From Candidatus Latescibacterota bacterium (GTDB lineage: Bacteria; Latescibacterota; UBA2968; SICM01), in NCBI GenBank assembly GCA_965217865.1, contig CBDCJO010000002.1, positions 4,960,001 through 5,024,000 of the forward strand: DNA of 64,000 bases, given 5' to 3'. Below are positions 10,787 to 20,989 of the stretch, piece by piece. The notes beneath the pieces were generated by a model. It was given only the letters and a program-made list of their open reading frames with translations, had not been told where the DNA came from and searched no databases. The translations under genes and the position numbers were made by a program. The first letter of the stretch is position 1. Every line of letters begins with the position of its first letter.

Positions 10787-11893
10787 ATGAATGGGTCGAT
10801 TTCGCCGCCTTCCAATCCTTCGATCGTGAACCTCAAGAAACAGGCCAAGAGGCTGCAGAGGCTGTGGAAAAAGCGGGATGCTGACACCGCGGCACGCATC
10901 CGCGTATCCCTTTTGAAGCATACGGATGCATCCGACGAACAGATCTGGGGGGCAAAGGCGCTCTTGACTGACTGCCAACTAGTAATTGCCCGTGAGGCTG
11001 GCTTTGAATCTTGGAAGACACTGAAGGCAGCAGTCGAATTGGGCTCTGTGGTGATAGAAGATCCCAATTTTGTGGACTTGTTTATGGATCGCGATGTTGA
11101 TGGCGCCAAGGCTCTGTTGCACCGACATTCAGAACTTGCGCAGCACAGTGACTATAAAATTCATCCATTGCTCCGAGAGTGTCTCCAACTTAACCGAGGG
11201 AGTTGTTACCGATACGAACATCAGATCATTGCTGACTTGTTGATTCCAGAACAGGTCCGTGCATTTCGAGACGCCGTCCTTCGTGATAGGGTCGAAGATG
11301 TTCGAGAACAACTTCGATTGGACCCGGATTTAGTAAACGCCGAATTTACTACCAATCACGGATTGACTCGGGCCATCGCTCAGTTTCATTCCCAAGAGAT
11401 GGGGCAACTTCTCCTGGATGCCGGTGCAGAGGTGAATTACCTGACAAAACACTTGTACCATGGCAACGTGGAAGGTGTCCGATTACTCCTCGAAAATGGC
11501 GCTGATCCAAATCAAGAGGGTGGGATCAAGTATATGCCGAGCCATGCTATGCCGGTCCTTGTACCACTCCTCCTAGATTACGGATGGGACATAAATGAAG
11601 GCAACGGTCAACGAACGCTAATGCACCACGACGCCAACCATGGACATGGAGAAAAGGTCCGAGTTCTCTTGGACAATGGAGCTGATCCCAATGTCACCGA
11701 CGGGAGACGTCGCACCGTCCTGCATTTATTCGCCGCTAAGGGTATTGGTGCCAGCGCGATTGGCGCACTAGTAAAGGCCGGTGCCGACATCAGTGCGCGT
11801 GATAATGAAGGCAACACGCCACTTGGCTTGGCGCGGATGGGCAAACGTCAAACGGCCGCACGGGTGCTCATTGAGCTAGGGGCAGAGGAATGA
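10787..11893 (+). CDS. Ankyrin-repeat protein with N-terminal LKKQAK..IAREAGFESW domain
   Basis: Repeated LLxxGAD / GxTPL motifs. Confidence 0.85.
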   Translation: MNGSISPPSNPSIVNLKKQAKRLQRLWKKRDADTAARIRVSLLKHTDASDEQIWGAKALLTDCQLVIAREAGFESWKTLKAAVELGSVVIEDPNFVDLFMDRDVDGAKALLHRHSELAQHSDYKIHPLLRECLQLNRGSCYRYEHQIIADLLIPEQVRAFRDAVLRDRVEDVREQLRLDPDLVNAEFTTNHGLTRAIAQFHSQEMGQLLLDAGAEVNYLTKHLYHGNVEGVRLLLENGADPNQEGGIKYMPSHAMPVLVPLLLDYGWDINEGNGQRTLMHHDANHGHGEKVRVLLDNGADPNVTDGRRRTVLHLFAAKGIGASAIGALVKAGADISARDNEGNTPLGLARMGKRQTAARVLIELGAEE

Positions 11894-12086
11894 AGAGATC
11901 GCGCCTGTCTTCTCCGGTATCAATGCTCCACTCAAGCGGCAACTTGGCCAGGCATCCGGAACACATCTATGCTTTGGATTCACGGCAGTTTGAGTAGCTC
12001 ATTCGGACTGGCAATAAAAGTATCACAATAATATCCAAGAGAATTGGATAAGAGGGCTTGGATATTATGGAGGAGGAAAAATAAAC

Positions 12087-12401
12087 ATGGGCAAGAATAC
12101 TATCGATATCCGAACTTTTGGGGATTGGACACTCTTGACGGATGAGGAGATCCAGACAACCCTTAGTAAAATTGACACGAAGGACCTCGCAATTGCCTTG
12201 AAAGGGATAGGAGAAGACATTCGGGAGGTCGAGAAAAGGACCATGTCAAACATCTCGGAGCGCGTACAGGGATTTGTCCGAAATGTTTGGGCAGAATCTT
12301 CGATTTCCCCGGAAGATATTGAAGCTTCACAAAAGAAAATCCTGCAAATCATTCATGGTCTGCAAAACATAGGGAAGATTAGTCCATCATCAGAAAATTG
12401 A
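12087..12401 (+). CDS. Stand-alone FliG C-terminal-like domain protein
   Basis: TFGD..LTDEEIQ..L..IDTKDLAIALKG...NISER...IEASQKKI. Confidence 0.7.
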   Translation: MGKNTIDIRTFGDWTLLTDEEIQTTLSKIDTKDLAIALKGIGEDIREVEKRTMSNISERVQGFVRNVWAESSISPEDIEASQKKILQIIHGLQNIGKISPSSEN

Positions 12402-12453
12402 CCCTGGACCGCAGACTTGATCGGCGCTCTCTCCTGTAAGGGAGGACAGTAAG

Positions 12454-12870
12454 TTGAAACACTTTATGGGTCTATTTGGACTTTCCGTTGTCGTGACAAC
12501 GCTGGTTGGTTGCGCAAGCACGGGCAGATTTAACTCCACAAACCTGACAAACGTTGAATTGTCTCAGAGCAATTTTCGTGTTATCGCCACAAATGTGTAT
12601 GGTGAGGCAGATTACCTGTTTGGATTTAGCTTTGCTCAGGGAGGGGAGATGCAAACTATAGCACTTATACCCCTTGGGGGCGACCGCCTGCGTTACAAAG
12701 TAGCGTTGGAAAACTTGTGGCGCAACTTCGAGCAGACACACGGGAGCACCAAGGGGCGGAGTCTTGCGTTGGTAAACGTTCGCTTCGACGCTGACGCACT
12801 GAACGTGCTTGTTTTTTACACAAGACCCAAAATTTCTGTTCGGGCAGATGTCATTGAGTTTGTTGAGTAA
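12454..12870 (+). CDS. Putative lipoprotein
   Basis: LVGC lipobox; TNVELSQSNF; GGAGG RBS. Confidence 0.65.
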   Translation: MKHFMGLFGLSVVVTTLVGCASTGRFNSTNLTNVELSQSNFRVIATNVYGEADYLFGFSFAQGGEMQTIALIPLGGDRLRYKVALENLWRNFEQTHGSTKGRSLALVNVRFDADALNVLVFYTRPKISVRADVIEFVE

Positions 12871-12903
12871 TCAGTGGCTGAGGTCGGGAATGTGCCGAAT
12901 CTT

Positions 12904-13008
12904 GCCTAACCCGACGTTGCAGTTGACGGCGGGATCTATGGTTTTAATAATGTTTTGGGCTTGGCGGACCTTCAGCATGAGGCGGTGGCAACGGAAATTA
13001 GCTGGTAG
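12904..13008 (+). other. Degenerate attC site
   Basis: GCCTAAC..CGTTGCAG...GGCAACG; R' degraded. Confidence 0.5.
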
Positions 13009-13196
13009 TAGAAAAAAAATAATAACGCCGTCAGAATCGATATCTGGCGGCGTTTTCAGTTCATAAACCAGTGCTGTCAAATAGGGTAGACCCTTTTTTG
13101 TAGCGATGTTCGTCTCGCTGGCTCACGATCAAAATGACAGCCACCGATACGTTTGGAGGCTTTCTTTTGTAAGGAACTTCCGGGACTTGACATGAG

Positions 13197-13730
13197 TAAC
13201 GACTTAAGTAATTGCGTATATATTCCAGAGAGTTTTGCTTCCTGCTCCTTTCTTGTAGCCAATGCCTGGACGATCTCTGTGCGTCCGGTATTTGATCGAC
13301 GCTTCACGCTGCCACTGCCTTTTGCCGTCTAACGATTTCACGGTTTTTCTTTCCCCCGACCTCTGACTTTTCACGACCGGGCGTTCGGAGACGAAAACCC
13401 AGTTGCCGAAGCATCCGCTGGCACTGTCGGACACCCAGGTCCACATCCCACTGCTGCAGGATATATGCCGCCAGCGTCTTGCCATCCCAGACTTTACGGT
13501 TCAAGCCGAAGTCCCTGGGAGTCTTCCTCAAAGCAGCATGGATCTGCGCAATCGCTCAGCCGACGTGGACTGCCGGAGCGCTTCCCCCCCAAGTCATAGC
13601 GGGACTCCGGAGACCGGCGGATCTCATCCCGCAACGCGAGAACGACACTCTCTACATCGGCTATCGTGCGCTTTTCCATATGTATCAAGATAACGGATCC
13701 TGCAAGTATGCGCAATTAAATATGACGTAT
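13197..13730 (-). mobile_element. Internally deleted IS630-family element
   Basis: Imperfect terminal IRs (CGACTTAAGTAATTGCGTATA / TATGCGCAATTAAATATGACG); broken HTH homologous to 55352-55783; DDE domain absent. Confidence 0.7.
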
Positions 13731-13996
13731 CGTATAGAATGGAAAAACTTTCCGGAGCGAATTCGAAGGACTCGCGTGGTCAGTAAGCGCCACATCGGAC
13801 AGATCCAATGTCCTTTAAGACACCTTTATGGGATCACCAAAGGATTTTTCAAATTAAATATTTTTGCTTCTTTAAGAAGACATTTACGAAATAGTATGAA
13901 ATACCTATCTTTAGAGAGGTATAGGACGCAAATCCAAAAACATCTATAGGTGGGATGAGTTTCCGCTTTCCTGCGGAAATGCAGTAGTTACCCGAA

Positions 13997-14569
13997 ATGG
14001 ATGATTTTATGGCGACGAAAGTGCTGTCCATCGCAATACCGGAATACAACGTTAAGAAAAAGCCCGACTATATGGCTATTGGCCCCAAAGTCGATGAACT
14101 CATTGGTGAGAACTTGGAGGATGGCAAGTACGTCGTAAGGGCCCTATCTCTGGCGGAGCATCCCGGCAAGACCTTGGATGAGCTTGCCGCAATCATCCTC
14201 AGGTTAGGTACCGACAAGTACGACCCGAACCGAAAAGAATCGGGCTGGAAGGCTTTCGCGAGGTATGACCACGATTTCCAAGCCGGAACCTTTGAGATCT
14301 TAGGTGGCAAAGTTCATGAGACGGAGGAGGACGAATTTCCGTCTATGTTCGGCGACATTGTCTATCACTTTTATGAGCACGTACCGATCGACCGCAACGT
14401 TGTCCTGCGCGTCGATATCCTGATGATTTACTATTCGAGCAAGGTACAGCTTGCCGAATGGGTGGATAAGTCTAAACCCGAGGTTATTCCCTATGACAAA
14501 TACCTGTACAAATTCAAAGATCCCCCACGGAAACATGATGCCTTGGCGTCGATTGTGAAGATCTTGTAG
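13997..14569 (+). CDS. Hypothetical protein bounded by an 18 bp direct repeat
   Basis: 190 aa ORF; homologous to 15520-16081. Confidence 0.75.
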   Translation: MDDFMATKVLSIAIPEYNVKKKPDYMAIGPKVDELIGENLEDGKYVVRALSLAEHPGKTLDELAAIILRLGTDKYDPNRKESGWKAFARYDHDFQAGTFEILGGKVHETEEDEFPSMFGDIVYHFYEHVPIDRNVVLRVDILMIYYSSKVQLAEWVDKSKPEVIPYDKYLYKFKDPPRKHDALASIVKIL

Positions 14570-14634
14570 TTACCCGAAATGGAATAAAGACATTTGAAGA
14601 GAACCCACGGTCGTCTCGACAGAAGATATTTCGC

Positions 14635-15390
14635 ATGGAATCGCGCATCGACGCAGACTATTTAGACGCCGAAAGATACGATCAGTATTACGGACCGTAC
14701 GCTGAACCTCATGATTGGCTGATCGAGCGACTGCGAGAACGAAATTCTGTCATGGAACTAGCTTGTGGCACGGGCCGAGTTGCGATTCCCCTGGCTCAGC
14801 ATGGGTTATCTGTGACCGGCATAGACTATTCAAAACCCATGTTGGATCACGCCCGCAAGAAAGCGCGAGAAGCCCATGTGGAGATCGAGTTGGCGCTATG
14901 CGATTTTCGCGATTTCGACCTTGGGCGGAAGTTCGGATCCATTCTCCTGCTTTCCAATGCGCTCTGGCACGTCCATGAGCGCTCTGACTTCGAAGCGTTG
15001 CTGCAATGCGTTCAGCTTCATTTGGAGCCAGATGGCCTCTTTGTGCTCGATGTTTTTGTACCCGGTTTGGACGTACTCAATCGCGATCCGCAGCAACGGT
15101 ATCCCTTTAGTACGTACACGGACCGGGAAACGGGTGAGCAGGTTGAGGTGACTCAGACATATGTCTATGAACCGGACACTCAGATATCCAGAGTCGTGCA
15201 ATACAAAGGTATGACAGACGAAATAGTCGGCGGCCTCAATCTTCGCATGTATTTCCCGCAGGAATTAGACACGCTTTTGGCATACAACGGTATGACCATT
15301 GACGAGAAATTTGGGGATTGGGATCGAGTGTCCTTCGATTCGAGTTCAAAACACCAACTATACCTTTGCTCACCTTGTGGCTCTGGCTGA
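14635..15390 (+). CDS. Class I SAM-dependent methyltransferase
   Basis: ELACGTGR, GIDYSKPML. Confidence 0.9.
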   Translation: MESRIDADYLDAERYDQYYGPYAEPHDWLIERLRERNSVMELACGTGRVAIPLAQHGLSVTGIDYSKPMLDHARKKAREAHVEIELALCDFRDFDLGRKFGSILLLSNALWHVHERSDFEALLQCVQLHLEPDGLFVLDVFVPGLDVLNRDPQQRYPFSTYTDRETGEQVEVTQTYVYEPDTQISRVVQYKGMTDEIVGGLNLRMYFPQELDTLLAYNGMTIDEKFGDWDRVSFDSSSKHQLYLCSPCGSG

Positions 15391-15519
15391 TAGTGGTTTT
15401 CTCAACATTGGGGTGTTTTGAGATCCACATCGGGTATGGGCGAAATCGTTATACGACAACCGTGGGCAGCACAGAAAACTGGCTAGCCGGTACCTCACAT
15501 CTCCCCTAGGAGAATTCTC

Positions 15520-16081
15520 TTGGGCACTGCCATTCCAGTTTTCTCCATCTCGATGCCCGAGTACTCCATCGATTCACGACCCGATTACTCGGCCGTCGGG
15601 GCGCGACTAGACCGTTTCATCGAGGAGCACCTACCGGGACGCCGGATGGCGCTGCGTGGCATTTACCTCGGCGATCATCCGGACCGACCGCGCAGACCTC
15701 GTAGCCACGATCCGCGAATTAGGCACGGATCGGTACGACGCGAACCGCGAGAGCGTGCACCACGCCTTCTACGAGCAGCTTGGGGTCGAGGTGCACGCGG
15801 TGGCGTGCGAAGTGACCGATAAACTGCGTGGCTTGGGCGACGAAGATTACGTTGCGGCTCCGTCGTTCTCGGGAGAGTTCATCGCGGATTTCTATGAGAG
15901 TGCCCGCGCCGAGAGGGGCTACCCGCTTCGGCTGGACATCCTGATCGCCTACGATCTCGACCAGCTCAATCCGGTGCCGGAGGACGCATCGCAGAGTTTT
16001 GCGTTCAAGAACCCCGACCGAAAACCGGAGGCACTTCTGGCCGTTGTCAACGTTCTGGGCGCTGACGAGGTTTTCCCCTAT
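15520..16081 (+). pseudogene. Frameshifted paralog of 13997-14569; stop codon hit by IS
   Basis: PEY..PDY / LGTDRYD / LRLDILIAY / FKNPDRK span two frames with a shift near 15690. Confidence 0.7.
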
Positions 16082-17607
16082 CAGCCTGTTGAAAAAGTGC
16101 GTTTATGCCAAGATGACTGTTGTCTTTCCTTGTGGTTTGGTCCTATGATATATCAGGTTCAAACTGAGAAGGGAGGACGAGCAAATGGCAATGGGAAAAC
16201 GAGGACGACAGAGACAGGAAAACCTGTTCATCGCATCGAACACTTTGGTGAAATCTCCGGGTCATCCGTTCTACGAGAAGCTGAATCAGGTATTGGGGGC
16301 GAACGGCTTCGACGAGTTCGTCGAGGGGCTTTGCCAGCGGTATTACGCTCCTCATATGGGTCGCAAGGGCATTCCGCCCGGGGTTTATTTTCGGATGCTT
16401 TTGATTGGGTATTTCGAGGGACTTGATTCGGAACGTGGGATCGAATGGCGTGTATCTGACTCGCTGACGTTGCGCCGGTTTTTGGGGTATGCCCTTGACG
16501 AACAGACCCCGGATCATTCCAGCCTGTCTCGCATCCGGCATCGGCTTCCCTTGGAAGTTCACGAAGCGGTTTTCAAGTGGATCCTGAGGGTCTTGTGCAA
16601 AGCGGGTCTGGTGAAGGGGAAGACGTTGGGCGTGGATGCTACGACACTGGAGGCCAACGCCGCGATGCGCAGCATTGTACGCCGTGACACGGGTGAAGGC
16701 TACCAGGCATTCCTTGAGAATCTGGCCAAGGCCTCGGGCATTGAAACGCCTACCCGCGAGGACTTGTCCAAGATCGATAAGAAGCGACCGAAGAAGGGAT
16801 CGAACCAGGACTGGGAGCACCCGCACGACCCGGATGCCAAGATCGCTAAGATGAAGGACGGTCGCACGCACATGGCGCACAAGGTGGAGCACGCGGTGGA
16901 TCTGGACACCAATGCCATTGTGGCAGTGGCGTTGTCGGGAGCAGATGAAGGAGATACCGGGTCGTTGCCCTGGACGCTGCTCGAGGCGCCGCTCAATCTC
17001 AAGCAGGTCGCGAAGGACGAAAAAGCTGCCAAACGTTTGCACAGACAGCGTATACGGGAGGTGGTTGCGGACAAAGGATATCATAGCAACGATGTATTGA
17101 CCAGTCTGAAGCAAGGCGGCATCCGGAGTTACATTTCAGAACCGGATCGGGGACGCCGCAAGTGGAACGGCCGACGAGATGAGCAGGCCGCGGTATATGC
17201 GAATCGACGCCGGATCAAGGGAGATCGCGGCAAGGCCTTGCGCCGAAGTCGTGCAGAACGGGTGGAAAGAACCATCGCTCACACATATGATACCGGTGGC
17301 ATGCGCAGGTTGCACTTGAGAGACCGCGGCAATATCCTCAAGCGTTTGCTGATCCACATCGGGGGCTGTAACCTGGCTCTGCTCATGCGCAAAGTGATGG
17401 GCGTAGGTACTCCGAAGGCCCTCCAGGACCTGGCCAAGGCCTTGCAGCGTCTACTGCTCGTCCTACAATCACGTTTGCTGCCCTCGGTCACCTTTTTAAC
17501 CTCTTATCAGCGTCTCCTGCTCAATCTCCTTACCTTGATTTATCTGACCCGCACTCCAGGCGTCTTTTCCGTTTATGTGCGTTGAAAGGTAGTTCTTCAA
17601 CGGGCTG
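16082..17607 (+). mobile_element. IS5/IS1182-like element
   Basis: IRs CAGCCTGTTGAAAAA / TTCTTCAACGGGCTG; flanks CTAT / CTAG. Confidence 0.9.
16185..17585 (+). CDS. DDE transposase (IS5/IS1182-like)
   Basis: PDHSSLSR, VDAT, ADKGY, RVE motifs. Confidence 0.9.
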   Translation: MAMGKRGRQRQENLFIASNTLVKSPGHPFYEKLNQVLGANGFDEFVEGLCQRYYAPHMGRKGIPPGVYFRMLLIGYFEGLDSERGIEWRVSDSLTLRRFLGYALDEQTPDHSSLSRIRHRLPLEVHEAVFKWILRVLCKAGLVKGKTLGVDATTLEANAAMRSIVRRDTGEGYQAFLENLAKASGIETPTREDLSKIDKKRPKKGSNQDWEHPHDPDAKIAKMKDGRTHMAHKVEHAVDLDTNAIVAVALSGADEGDTGSLPWTLLEAPLNLKQVAKDEKAAKRLHRQRIREVVADKGYHSNDVLTSLKQGGIRSYISEPDRGRRKWNGRRDEQAAVYANRRRIKGDRGKALRRSRAERVERTIAHTYDTGGMRRLHLRDRGNILKRLLIHIGGCNLALLMRKVMGVGTPKALQDLAKALQRLLLVLQSRLLPSVTFLTSYQRLLLNLLTLIYLTRTPGVFSVYVR

Positions 17608-17666
17608 CTAGCCGGTACCTGGCGCCCAGTGTACGGGAAATGGTGAACCGATCGAACACGGTCATC

Positions 17667-17750
17667 GTATAACAGGTCCACTGGCGGCTCCGGCCCCTGG
17701 AGGGGCCTCCGCGCAATTCGGCTGACGCCGAGTTCGCCAGTGGCCGAGAC
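17667..17750 (+). other. attC site interrupted by IS110 (R' GTTATGC at 19666-19672)
   Basis: GTATAAC..CCACTGGCG...CGCCAGTGG; TCGTATAAC is complementary to upstream core GTTATACGA at 15448. Confidence 0.85.
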
Positions 17751-19665
17751 TACATGCGGAAAGTCAAGAGCAAAGTTGACGATTTCGAGGTTGGATGAGA
17801 TTTTTTATGCCGGTTTTCTCAGCGTCAAGGGGTGTAAAGTGGACATTCTTACTATGTTCGGAGCGCAGTTCGCCCTTATGGTGCAGGACCGGTCTTTGAA
17901 GAGGGGCGAAGCTCCCGTGTGGGGGGTGGTGTCTTCCGATACCAACTTACATCCGCGGCCGGCACTCTTGTTTGTGTGAGTAGGTGTGCCGGTCTTCGCG
18001 CATTTTCTAATCCGATCCAGGAAGACGGGGAGGCCTGCGGATCTGTTAGCCGAAGCGACTCCTATCGGAGCCCTCCTCTCAAGCCAGTTCTGCAGGCCGC
18101 CCCTGGCCGCCTTGGAAGGCGGCAGCTTGTGTAACCGGTCCGGCAGGAGACTGCACCGGATGTGAATCGAGCAGCGATGTCAAAGAGCGAGTGTGACCGC
18201 GGCAGCGGTCAGGCGGCGGCGCGAGCGCGCCGTCGGGGATGCTGCTTTTTCTTGTAGCGCTTCATGTAGCGCCTCTCGAGCGTTTTGAGGGATGCCGCGG
18301 GGTGGTCTCTCTCCTCGTAGAGACGATTTTCTCTGAGCAGGGCTACGATGAGCCGTAGGAGCTGGGACGAGGCGGCCACGATATTCTTGCGGTAGCACTT
18401 CTTCCTGAGCTCGCGTTCGAGGAAGCGGCGGCGGACCTGGGGCACGACCCGGGCGGTCTGTTCGGTCATCTGGGTAGATGATTCGCCGCAGCCGGGGATT
18501 GCCGATCTTGCTCATCCGCCTTTTGCCTTTGTACTTTCCGGAGTCGGCGATGCGCACGTTCGTGCCGGCGAGCTTCTCGATCTGTTTGAAGTGGGTGAAG
18601 CGGGTGGCCCCTCGCGTCTCCGCGGTAAATTGGGCAGCCAGGTTTTTGTTGATGTTGGGGATCGAGTCGACGATTTGGAAAGTCGGATCCTGCTGAGTGC
18701 GGGCGATCATCGCCTGCTCCACAGCTTTGAGTTGCGTCTCGGTCCGCCGGAGCGCCTCGATCCAGCCATTCAGGATGATGCGGAGGACATCTTCCTGGCC
18801 CTCGACCGGGATCCCGATGGAGGTCCGGGCCTCCTCCTTCAGCTTCTGCAGCGTCGCCACCCCGTAACTGCCTCTTGAGATCCGATGGATCTGGCGGCCC
18901 TCCTCTTCGATGTCAATTTCCTCGAAGTGGCGGGGCAAGAAATATCGCTCCAACAGGTAGCGGGAGGTCTTCGTACGAATGTTGACCGCGTGGAGGAACT
19001 CCGGGAAGACGCGTTCCATCAGAGACCGGGTGCGGAGCAGGGACTTTGTGAGGTCCTTCCGGAGCTTGTCGTAGGCGATTGAGAGCTGGTGCGCGGCCTC
19101 CATGTGAGGCTCGAACGTCCTGAAGAGATCATAGCTTCCCTTCTGTGCGCTGTCGGCCACCAGAAAGGCATCCCTGGGATCCGACTTGGAGAAATCGCGG
19201 TGCATCATCGGTCTTGCGTGATACGTCGTGAGGGGGCTCACCAGCAGCACGCGATACCCCTTCCCCTGGAGGTAGTGGGCCAGGGTAACCCACAGATTGC
19301 AGGACGTCTCGATGGCCACCACCATCCGATCCGGCCCGCAATCTTTGATGCGTCGCTCCAGATGCTGCCAGAGGGTATGGTCATATCCCGCTCGCGTCAC
19401 GGGGAATGAGAAGGCCCCGCCTTGCTGAAGTCCGGAGGGATCGAGCACCGACCCGCTGTGTTTTTCCTTGCCCGGATCGATCCCGAGGACGAAATTCTGG
19501 GAGATGGCCTGTCGTTTAAGGTGGAAGATTTTCGACTTCATCGTATACCTCCAGCGTTGAGGGTTGAGTTTGCTTGCGCTTGCCGAATCTTAAGACACCT
19601 TGCCTTGCAAGGGAAGATTCAGCCCCTCAACGCTGTTTTTTCCTCCTTTACTCAATATAGAAATC
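17751..19665 (-). mobile_element. IS110-family element, copy 1
   Basis: Appears identical to 43228-45141 except one extra G near 18473; ends defined by where the two copies diverge. Confidence 0.92.
18209..19541 (-). pseudogene. IS110 transposase/recombinase, frameshifted near C-terminus
   Basis: GIDPGK, IETS, KSDPRDA, DSGK; CTGGGTAG versus CTGGTAG in copy 2. Confidence 0.85.
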
Positions 19666-19769
19666 GTTATGCACAATGCCGTTTTGGGGGCTTGGATAAT
19701 CGCACAAGGGGTGCAATTGTAGGACTTACTAACTAGGTACCACAGGTTAACTTTTGCGGAGGTAGCGTC

Positions 19770-20252
19770 GTGGACGAGAAAATCAATCTGGCGGACATTG
19801 GGGAGGAAAACCGCATTTCGCCGAAGTGTAAGTATGAGCTGTTTCGAAAACATATTTCGCTAGCACTTGGGGGCAAAAAAGATGTGGGTACTTGGGGTGG
19901 AGGCCATCCGTTTGACATAGAGCACGTGCGATTGCCGCCGGGGAAGCTTAATTATCCTTTTCACCAGCACAAGGTTCAGTGGGAGCTTTTCATTGTAGTA
20001 GGGGGCAAGGGAGTAGTCCGGCGAGACGACCGGGAGTTTGAAATTCGAGAGGGGGACTGTTTCATCCAGCCACTTGGGACAGCGCACCAAATCAGGAATG
20101 CGAGCCAGGCAGAAGATCTTATTTACTTCGTTATTGCTGACCACCCCCAGGCCGAAGTTGTGTATTATCCGGATTCCGAGAAGTGGTTGTTCCGACCACC
20201 GCGGACGATTGTTGAGGTCACGGATGTGGACTACTACAAGGGAGAGGAATAG
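19770..20252 (+). CDS. Cupin domain protein
   Basis: PFHQHKVQWE, AHQIRN, YYPDSEK. Confidence 0.85.
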   Translation: MDEKINLADIGEENRISPKCKYELFRKHISLALGGKKDVGTWGGGHPFDIEHVRLPPGKLNYPFHQHKVQWELFIVVGGKGVVRRDDREFEIREGDCFIQPLGTAHQIRNASQAEDLIYFVIADHPQAEVVYYPDSEKWLFRPPRTIVEVTDVDYYKGEE

Positions 20253-20286
20253 AACTTACGCTGATTCCTCCTTCCTCCTTCGCTCC

Positions 20287-20413
20287 GTCGGAGCTCCGGA
20301 GGACAGGTCGGAGCTCCGGAGGACAGGTCGGAGCTTCGGAAGGACAGGTCGGAGCTTCGGAAGGACAGGTCGGAGCTTCGGAAGGACAGGCCGCAGCTTC
20401 GGAGGACAGGCCG
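20287..20413 (+). repeat. Six tandem 20-21 bp REP-like units
   Basis: GTCGGAGCT(C/T)CGGA(A)GGACAG; followed by core GTTAGCG at 20439. Confidence 0.9.
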
Positions 20414-20521
20414 GCAGTTCGCGCACGGCGCGGACTACGTTAGCGCCATATTGTTTTTTGTGTGATGAGAAAAGCATAAGGGAGCAAAAACAATCCCAGC
20501 CTCACCCCAATTTACATACAC

Positions 20522-20747
20522 TATGATATTTCCTGCCTGTCTGGACCGAAAGAATTCATTTAACTGTGATCGCTATACGGAGTTATATTGTAGGTTGTAA
20601 TGAGACACACCTCATGCAGATCAACGCCCGGCAGATCGGCTGTGGAAAATCTGATCGTAGTTTTTAGGGGATGATATGCAGACCCAGATATCACTCCAAG
20701 ATCAAGGAGATTACACAAAGTAAAGGGTGTTAAACAAGCGTTTGGGC
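20522..20747 (+). promoter_or_regulatory. Repeated promoter/attI-like unit, copy 2
   Basis: Homologous to 10440-10669; ends TAAACAAGCG-TTTGGGC. Confidence 0.5.
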
Positions 20748-20750
20748 TCA

Positions 20751-20845
20751 CTCTAACCAACCCCTCAAGCAGACGGATCGTCTGTCACAGGCCAAGCTTC
20801 CGCAAGGCCAGCCTCAGACGCCCGCAGCTTAGGTCCGTGTTAGAC
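20751..20845 (+). other. attC site with no preceding ORF
   Basis: CTCTAAC..AAGCAGACGG...CCGCAGCTT..GTTAGAC. Confidence 0.75.
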
Positions 20846-20989
20846 GCACGAACTGACGAAGATGAAGGATCACGAAGAATTCCTGTTGAGGCTCTACGAA
20901 GAGCAGGGGTTCCTAAAGAAACAAGGAACGCACCGCCGATTTAAGCTTCAAAACATTTGAATATCCGCATAAAAGGAGTCGGAGAATCG

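Noticed and set aside
15482-17620. 14 bp direct repeat GCTAGCCGGTACCT at 15482 and 17607
   Set aside because: Real match, but it overlaps the IS target and no mechanism is supportable.
17740-18134. Small + strand ORFs in the IS110 end (also 43253-43611)
   Set aside because: No RBS or recognisable motif; better explained as a non-coding end.
18180-18475. Novel C-terminal tail on the IS110 copy 1 transposase
   Set aside because: Produced by one extra G relative to copy 2; possibly a sequencing error.
20287-20413. Possible CRISPR array
   Set aside because: Units are contiguous with no unique spacers, and no cas genes are present.
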